Positions 38,001-45,845 of a stretch of 45,845 nt of DNA are shown here, piece after piece. Numbering within the stretch: position 1 is the stretch's first letter; each line of letters opens with the position of its first letter. Position numbers and translations under genes: made by a program. The DNA comes from Azolla caroliniana. Taxonomy: Eukaryota; Plantae; Polypodiophyta. A model generated the notes under the pieces. That model saw nothing but the letters and a program-made list of their open reading frames with translations, searched no databases and was not told the DNA's origin. The DNA is taken from positions 1-45,845 of the forward strand of contig JBHGNT010000242.1 in assembly GCA_043228905.1 (NCBI GenBank), read 5' to 3'.

Positions 38001-41000
38001 ATCTATTTTGGATAATCTTTTATTGGTAGAATCATTCTTGAATCTCAATCTTAGGCTTTGTGATGAATAAGTTTTGGCTCTATATACACCCTCAGAAATT
38101 CTTTTAGAAATTCTAGGTAAAGGGTAATTCGGGTCATCACTTATTTTATGTACTACTTCTGGATATGTTTCTCCAATCAGATCGTAGAAATATCTCCACC
38201 AGTTAGGGGTAAAAAACCAAGGTATATACTCTCTGAATAGGCTCCATTTTTCAAAGATATTGTCTTTCCAAAAGATCAAAGATATCTTATATTCGTTCAA
38301 ACCTTTCGAGAATTCATTGAAATTGATAAGATGGAATGGGCGTATAGGTTCTTTCCGAACATACGGATCTACGATTTTCGTATCTTCGTGCGAAACCTTC
38401 TTCCCAGTCAATCCTATTAGAGATCTTGATGTTACATCGTTGCGTAGTGAGAATCTTAGCGACCAGTAAAGCATTTTCAATTCTTCTGGTTCCCAGAAAG
38501 ACCCAATGGATGAATCATTTTGATAGAATCGATTCTGGGTTAAAAAATTCCCCGAGTCTGATCCATCTTCGATGGGCTTTTCTAAATCGACTTGATCCAA
38601 TCCCAGACTCTTAGGGCGAGGTCGGGGTCGCCGATCCGCCGATGGATTATAGTTTCTCAACGTTTTTCCCAAACGAATTCCATGGCTACTGCATGAAGAT
38701 AGAAACGAATCTCTCGTTTCATGAGGGGACGAACTCAACCCCGACAGTAATCTCTTCAGATCCAAAAAAGGAAAAATCCTATCTGAACGAGTTGATGATG
38801 ATGTCGCAGGTTTTTGCGGATTAGATGGAATAAGTTGAACCGTTGTAGGTACATGACCAACAGTTTCCTCCCCTTCTGTTCGTTTCAATAGACTGGGTGA
38901 TAACGAATTTGACAGTTGGGACTGAATAGATGAGATGGTATTGTATGAGACGACTTCATTTTTGGAGTCCACATACGGATTCTCTAAGACGTTGGGATAG
39001 CTACTGCTGCATCTCCCAATAAAGAAATCCCTTTTGATTCTTGGAATGAAATTGCTTCTAGCACAGTCCCATACAGGTGAGTTAGAGTGTTCTAGAAGCT
39101 TTGGTGTATTCGCTTCATCGGAGATATATCTCGAAATACTTTCATTAATGTCTTTGTTTGAACCCCCCCCACGACTCGAACTATCTAGAAGCAGATTCCA
39201 AATCTGCCTACCCGTAGTGGAAAGAACATCATTCGATAATCTTGTTCGGGTAGATTCGATGTGGGGTAACCCAACGAGAGGCGGATTCCCTGCGGGTTCT
39301 AACGAGATTGACGAGCCTATGGATTTTTTATCAACAATCAACGATCTAGACTCAACGATTAAACCATTTTTTCCCTCGAGAATCCTTCTTTTGAGGAAGG
39401 ATATCTGTGCTGCCTTAGTTTTAATACCAAGTAATTTCGATAAGCGATTAAGCTTCGAAAGACCTATAGGATTCAACTTCTCGGTGTAATAATCGATCGT
39501 ATCTATCACAAATTTTTGGCGAGTAACTTCGGTAACAATCGTTTTGTAAAGAAGTAAAACATTGAGAAATCGATGAGGATACTTCTCGTTATTCCGAGTG
39601 ATTTTGTTGATACTAGTACCAACACTACCTAGTAGTTCGCTTCTCGTTTTTGATACACCGCAAATCGATTTATCTAAGTCATACTTTAGTTTTAAAGATA
39701 CTCTCCCGAAAGAGGAGAAAGACGAATCTCCGATTGTATCGAGCCATCCATGCGCATTTGACTCGACATCCCTATACTCATCGATTTGAAATGCAAAATA
39801 TCCACGCTCTATGTTATCTTTCCATTCCAATAATCTTTCTTCAATTGCAATTCTTGTTACACCAGTGGATTCCCCGCTCCCCGCCCAGCCACCCAACCGA
39901 TATTTCATCCGGAAGAGATATTTGCTAGCTAATCCACAGAAATAGTCATATAAAATAAGTGTGTAGTTCTCTCTCATTTTCAATGGAAATCTTTTACCAG
40001 ATTTCTCGCTATTCTTAATACCAAGAATTCTTGTCCCAATAGAAATCGGATTCGATTCCTCATCGATCAAAAGAAATCGATTGAGTCGATATATTAAAGC
40101 ATTCCTCATTTGTGAATAAATTTGTAGGATGGGAGGGTCTCCCCCGCCTCCGTGACAATCTAACCCGGATGTACCATAACGAGACGGCTTTTTATTTATA
40201 CAGAACGGGAATGAAGACAATTCGTAAAAGGCTTCCCGCTCGGGATGGAACACCGACCCACCCCCCTCGGATTCGAATAAGATCTTATCGCAGGAGTCTG
40301 CGGGGATTTTGAAATCGTTTTTCAATCCTGTTGTTCGTAGTCGATCCGGATCTTGCTTGTTAGATACTTTCCAGGAAAATGATGAATCAGAACCATTCTT
40401 GTAAAAGTCAATTCTATTTTTGGTAAGTCCCGCATATTTATAGAATTTGAAAAACCTATTGGAATCTTCTAGAAATCTATCGATCCATAATGGCTGAATC
40501 CTCTCAGTCTCGTCTCTGGATATATCTTCGCTAGGGAGTGAATCCCTCACTAAGCAGACCCTCCATCTGCCCGAAACCAGAGGATGCTTTTGCTCCCTCG
40601 TCGAACCTGTGGAAGTATCTTCGTTCGAAGCTAAGAAATAGTAAGAATCAGGTGTTCTTCCTTTCTCATCCCTTTCAACAGATAACGATCTTTTGAATTG
40701 AGGGACGCAGTAAGGGAAGTCACTGGAATTTTCCACCTGTTCTTTTCTTACTTCGACACTCCTATTCATTGTTTTTGCTAATACCGAACCTTCTCCGATC
40801 GAACTTCCCTTATTCAGGCAATGCATAAAAATCGGCATTGCTAGTAAAACTAGGATTTCCAGGATGACGGTACTATCCCTCCTCACCGAACGACGCGGAT
40901 TGCGTAGAGGGAGCAGATTCAGAATTCATGAGTCAAATGATCTGATAAAAGGTTCATGACTGGAGAGCGGACCCATCAGAAATTTCTTGAGATGTTGGTC

Positions 41001-41074
41001 CTTCCATAATCTGAAGAAGTAGTCCAATCCACCGATTTCTACTAACCTCGACCTACCTTTTTTTCTCTTTTCAT
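35091..41074 (-). CDS. ycf2: Ycf2, IR copy; as assembled it is frameshifted near the start by a net 25-bp deletion
   Basis: The 1841-aa and 88-aa ORFs match the left copy, but ATG 41074 reads MKREKKVGRG* (TAG 41044-41042). Confidence 0.88.
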
Positions 41075-41324
41075 TTTATTTCTATGCGATAGAGACTATC
41101 TATTTATCACAATGATTATACAGGGAATCCTTAAAAGTTCAAGATGCAATAGAATAAGTACCTCAAGTAAGTAGAGTAATTTCTATACAGATTTTTGTAG
41201 AACCGGATCGGGAATTCCGAATGGTTATTACATTACTGGGGAGACCTGTGCGTACCCCACCCACCTTTTCTCATAACTTTTTATATTCCAAGCGATAAGA
41301 ACGAGTTCTCTAACTAATTGAATG

Positions 41325-41398
41325 GGCGAACGACGGGGATTGAACCCGCGCATGATGGATCCACAATCCATTGCCTTGATCCACTTGGCTACGTCCGC
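41325..41398 (-). tRNA. trnH-GUG: tRNA-His(GUG), IR copy
   Basis: Mirror of 4850-4923. Confidence 0.97.
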
Positions 41399-41734
41399 CC
41401 CCTTTGCTACTCACTCGGCCCTCCGAGCGGGGAAGGGAACAGGATCTACCCATCAAGCCATTAATAGCTATTAAGGTCCTTCGATTGATACACATACATA
41501 TTTGTTGTGTATATAACGAGACAATGGGAAATCCGTGGAATGAGGGATATACCCCCAACCCAATCTATTCAAACGATTGGTAGATTACAAGCATTCCGTG
41601 AATTTTCATAATATTTTTTAATACCTATACACAGGAGTATTCTAAATATTCTTCAGAATCCAAGAGCCGACGGTTGTAGGATCGTGACAAACCATTACCT
41701 TTCTTCCTGTTTGTTCCATGGGACGAACCTTCGT

Positions 41735-41774
41735 TGGACACCAAACCTTCCGGAACGGAAAGGTTTGGTATCCA
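41735..41774 (-). terminator. psbA 3' stem-loop, IR copy
   Basis: Mirror of 4474-4513. Confidence 0.85.
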
Positions 41775-41799
41775 GTTACACTGCATAGCTAAACGGGTA

Positions 41800-42876
<1,077 letters not shown>

Positions 42877-42922
42877 TCAAAAAAATTAGTGATTCCCCAG
42901 GCTAGTAAGCTTGTTGATTCGT

Positions 42923-42951
42923 AGTATATCACGAAAACCTATCGGTGTCAA
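42923..42951 (-). promoter_or_regulatory. psbA promoter, IR copy
   Basis: Mirror of 3297-3325. Confidence 0.85.
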
Positions 42952-43047
42952 CTGAGGTGGGTAATGCACCAAGGGTTTGCATAGGATGAACTCCTTCTAA
43001 TAAGATAATAAGACTATTGCTTCTAGGACTATCGCTTACTGTAGAGC

Positions 43048-43353
43048 CTTTGCGTATAGTCTTGGGAGCATCAGGTGTGCCGAGTCGGGTTGGTTTTTCA
43101 CTCGCGAGTCGCGACGCGAGTAGTAAAACCGAGCCGAGAGTGGCTCTATCTTCCTTTCAAAAAGAATTTCAATACCAAGAAAAGAAAAAATTATTGGCTA
43201 TGTAATCTAAGTAACCCGCCTAAGTAAAGGTCGCTTCCCTTTAAGATAAGAGGCGCGGGTAAAGAAGAGCAAGCCATCGTTTTCTAAGCTAAGAGGAATG
43301 ATGCCTGAAAGAGGGCTAACTCTTGCAGAATAGGATGTTTGAGGCGTTTCATG
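43048..43353 (+). mobile_element. Element remnant in rps7-psbA spacer, IR copy
   Basis: Mirror of 2895-3200. Confidence 0.5.
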
Positions 43354-43592
43354 GGTAGGCTTCACACTCATAATCAGTCGAGTTTCCGCTTGCTTCTTTC
43401 CTTCCCCCGACGAACCTTTCAACCTCACATTAGTCCGTCCCTTTGGGTAAGCTAAAGAATCTAATAATTTCTAATATGAGGGATGATTATCAACCCTCGC
43501 TTATGGCTTAGATTTCTCCTACTCATCGTTCAAATCCTAATTATCCATCGTTTGTTTGTGGCGCATTCCAATTCCCGACACCCCGCGCCCCG

Positions 43593-43628
43593 GTTCCAAT
43601 CCACAATCTTTTGATTGTGGATTGGAAC
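43593..43628 (-). terminator. rps7 3' stem-loop, IR copy
   Basis: Mirror of 2620-2655. Confidence 0.8.
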
Positions 43629-43638
43629 AAGCCTGAAA

Positions 43639-44112
43639 CTAACGGAAATGGGCAAAAGCTTTGTTAGCTTCCGCCATTTTGTGAGTCTCCTCCTTCTTCC
43701 GTATAGCATTACCGGAATTTCTGGCAGCATCCATCGATTCGTCGCTCAATCTTAAAGCCATACTTCGACCCGAACGCTTTCGGCACGCGATCGATGACCA
43801 TCGGATAGCCGAAGCTTTTCCTTCTGCGGGTACCACTTCAACGGGAACTCGGTAGGTCGATCCACCTACACGCTTGGATTTCGTTACTACATCGGGGGTT
43901 ACACCACGCACTGCTTGCCGTAGAACAGACAGTGGGTTCCTATTCGTCTTTTATCTAATCCGCTTCATAGCCCGATAAGGAATCTGATAAGCTAATGATT
44001 TTTTACCATTTTTAGGGACACGATCAACCAGCATGCTTACTAATCGATTACGATATATTGGATCCGATTCTATATTTCTATTTCTGTTCGCTACACTGCT
44101 CCGATGTAACAT
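43639..44112 (-). CDS. rps7: Ribosomal protein S7, IR copy
   Basis: Mirror of 2136-2609 with the same editable internal TAA. Confidence 0.95.
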
Positions 44113-44171
44113 GAGTTTGCAGATATGTCAGATTTCATTCAATTCTTTTATCCCAATGGTATCTCAGAATA

Positions 44172-44197
44172 TTATTTTGGCTTCTTCACTCCATATT
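44172..44197 (-). CDS. rps12: Ribosomal protein S12 exon 3, IR copy
   Basis: Mirror of 2051-2076. Confidence 0.95.
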
Positions 44198-44790
44198 GTA
44201 GGGTGGATCTGCCGGTTAGTCGGAGACCTCCCTCCGAACTGCACGTACGACTCTCATCGAATACAGCTTTCCATATGATTGAATAGAAACTACTGAAGTG
44301 ACTTTCTTTTTCAATCACTTCAACCTTAGTGATCATATTTACTCATTATGCATTGAGTATCCGTTTCTTCCTCATCATTCTAAAGATAATAGAAAAAAAA
44401 AGTTTAGGGATGGAAGAAATAAAATCTTGCATTTCAGTTATCTTACTCAAAATGTCCGTGGGTTTATTGATCCAATTACCGAACGTTCACAAAACAAAAA
44501 TTCCACCGAATCTCCGTAATCATAGTCTGAACCCGTTCCAAGAGGAAGAGACATTCTAAGATTTTCTGTTCTGGGTAAGAGTCCGGGTAAAACTCAACTT
44601 ACTGGGATGTAATACCCTAGACACCAAGTTGTTTCACGCAAATAGATGGATAATTATCAATCCTCCTTGTATTGTAGTAGCAGGCTTCAGTCCCCTGGCA
44701 ATGCTGGGTCAGCTACACGTTCGACATATCAGAACAACTGATACGGAATCACTGCGATGATACAAGTTGCGACAATGCTCTGCAACGCAC
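44198..44790 (-). other. rps12: rps12 group II intron 2, IR copy
   Basis: Mirror of 1458-2050. Confidence 0.92.
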
Positions 44791-45022
44791 TAGGACGCCC
44801 TTTCTTACGATCCTTTACCCCCACAGCATCTAATGTTCCTCTAACGATGTGATACCTCACACCGGGTAAGTCTTTGACCCTTCCGCCTCTCACAAGGACC
44901 ACCGAATGTTCCTGCAAATTATGGCCAATACCTGGTATATATGCCGTTACCTCGAACTTGGAGGTTAATCGAACTCTAGCGACTTTACGTAGGGCAGAGT
45001 TAGGTTTTTTTGGTGTAGTTGT
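44791..45022 (-). CDS. rps12: Ribosomal protein S12 exon 2, IR copy
   Basis: Mirror of 1226-1457. Confidence 0.97.
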
Positions 45023-45485
45023 GGAATAGTTGACAGATGAGTCAGTTTCAATGTCACTATACAGAACCGTACGTGAGATTCCCACCTCGTACGGCTCCTC
45101 GTCATTCAATTACTCTTAAGAGAAAGAGTACAAAATTACTTTCAGCTGTTCTCAGCTACGAAAGAATTTACAAAAAAATTCGAATGTTTTCAACTCATTT
45201 TTCAATCTTTCTTTATAGCACGGATAGAAAAACGAAAAACCTATCAGATTTATGGATAGATTTGCTAATGAGTTTCTCGCTTTCGCGTGAGTCACGAAAC
45301 GGATTGGATAGAGAGGAGATTGACGAGTTGGTATAGGCTTATCCATATCATTAAATACGCTTCGATAAGGAATCTATTTTTTTTTTATGGAGACAGCTTC
45401 GATATCTGACTTTCGTTCTTTCTTTCGTTCCAACGAGGCTACCTGAGAGGGATTCGGTAACCTAGCTACCTAATAAGTAGGTGAG

Positions 45486-45845
45486 TAAAGATACGTATCT
45501 TTATGGGATAGGATCCGATGACTGCTCGAGGCCCGCTAGTAGCGATGATGCTGAAGCAGCAATGAGAGAGGAAACCGGGGGTATGTACGAAAAGAGAGGT
45601 TATTCGTCTCGGTGATTCTGGCTTAGCCAGCTTGTTCCGTGACGAGCCACTGAGTCGAGGCCTGCGTCCTATTTCCCCCCCCGTGGACCGGATCAGAAAT
45701 CCAGGTTCCGTGGGAATAAGATTTTACCACGGGAGCTTGGGGAGGTCAAGTTGTTATTACTACCAACGGGAGTTACTCAGTAAGACGTATACGAATGGTA
45801 CCAAACAGTGTCGACAACGAATGTCCACTTTTTCGCCTGTAAGTC
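45486..45845 (+). mobile_element. Element remnant upstream of 3'rps12, IR copy (truncated)
   Basis: Mirror of 403-762. Confidence 0.45.

Overview
This window is part of a chloroplast genome from a leptosporangiate fern. It spans the distal part of one large inverted repeat (1-12084), the complete small single-copy region (12085-34188, 22,104 bp) and the mirror IR copy (34189-45845). The IR order 3'rps12-rps7-psbA-trnH-ycf2-trnN is the derived fern arrangement. The SSC carries ndhF, rpl21, rpl32, trnP-GGG, trnL-UAG, ccsA, ndhD, psaC, ndhE/G/I/A/H, rps15, ycf1, chlN and chlL. Many genes look broken in the ORF track, but this is explained by heavy RNA editing: six in-frame stops repairable by U-to-C, five ACG starts, and one stop created by C-to-U. 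The most notable observations are four. (1) Two diverged, mutually homologous remnants of an unexplained GC-richer element, inferred to be MORFFO-like, lie upstream of rps12 and in the rps7-psbA spacer. (2) A net 25-bp difference between the IR copies frameshifts one ycf2. (3) The ndhH stop and ndhA start are both inferred to be made by edits 5 nt apart. (4) ycf1 contains two actively evolving tandem arrays. I cannot establish a wholly new biological system from sequence alone; the element remnants are the best lead. All editing sites are predictions from protein conservation.
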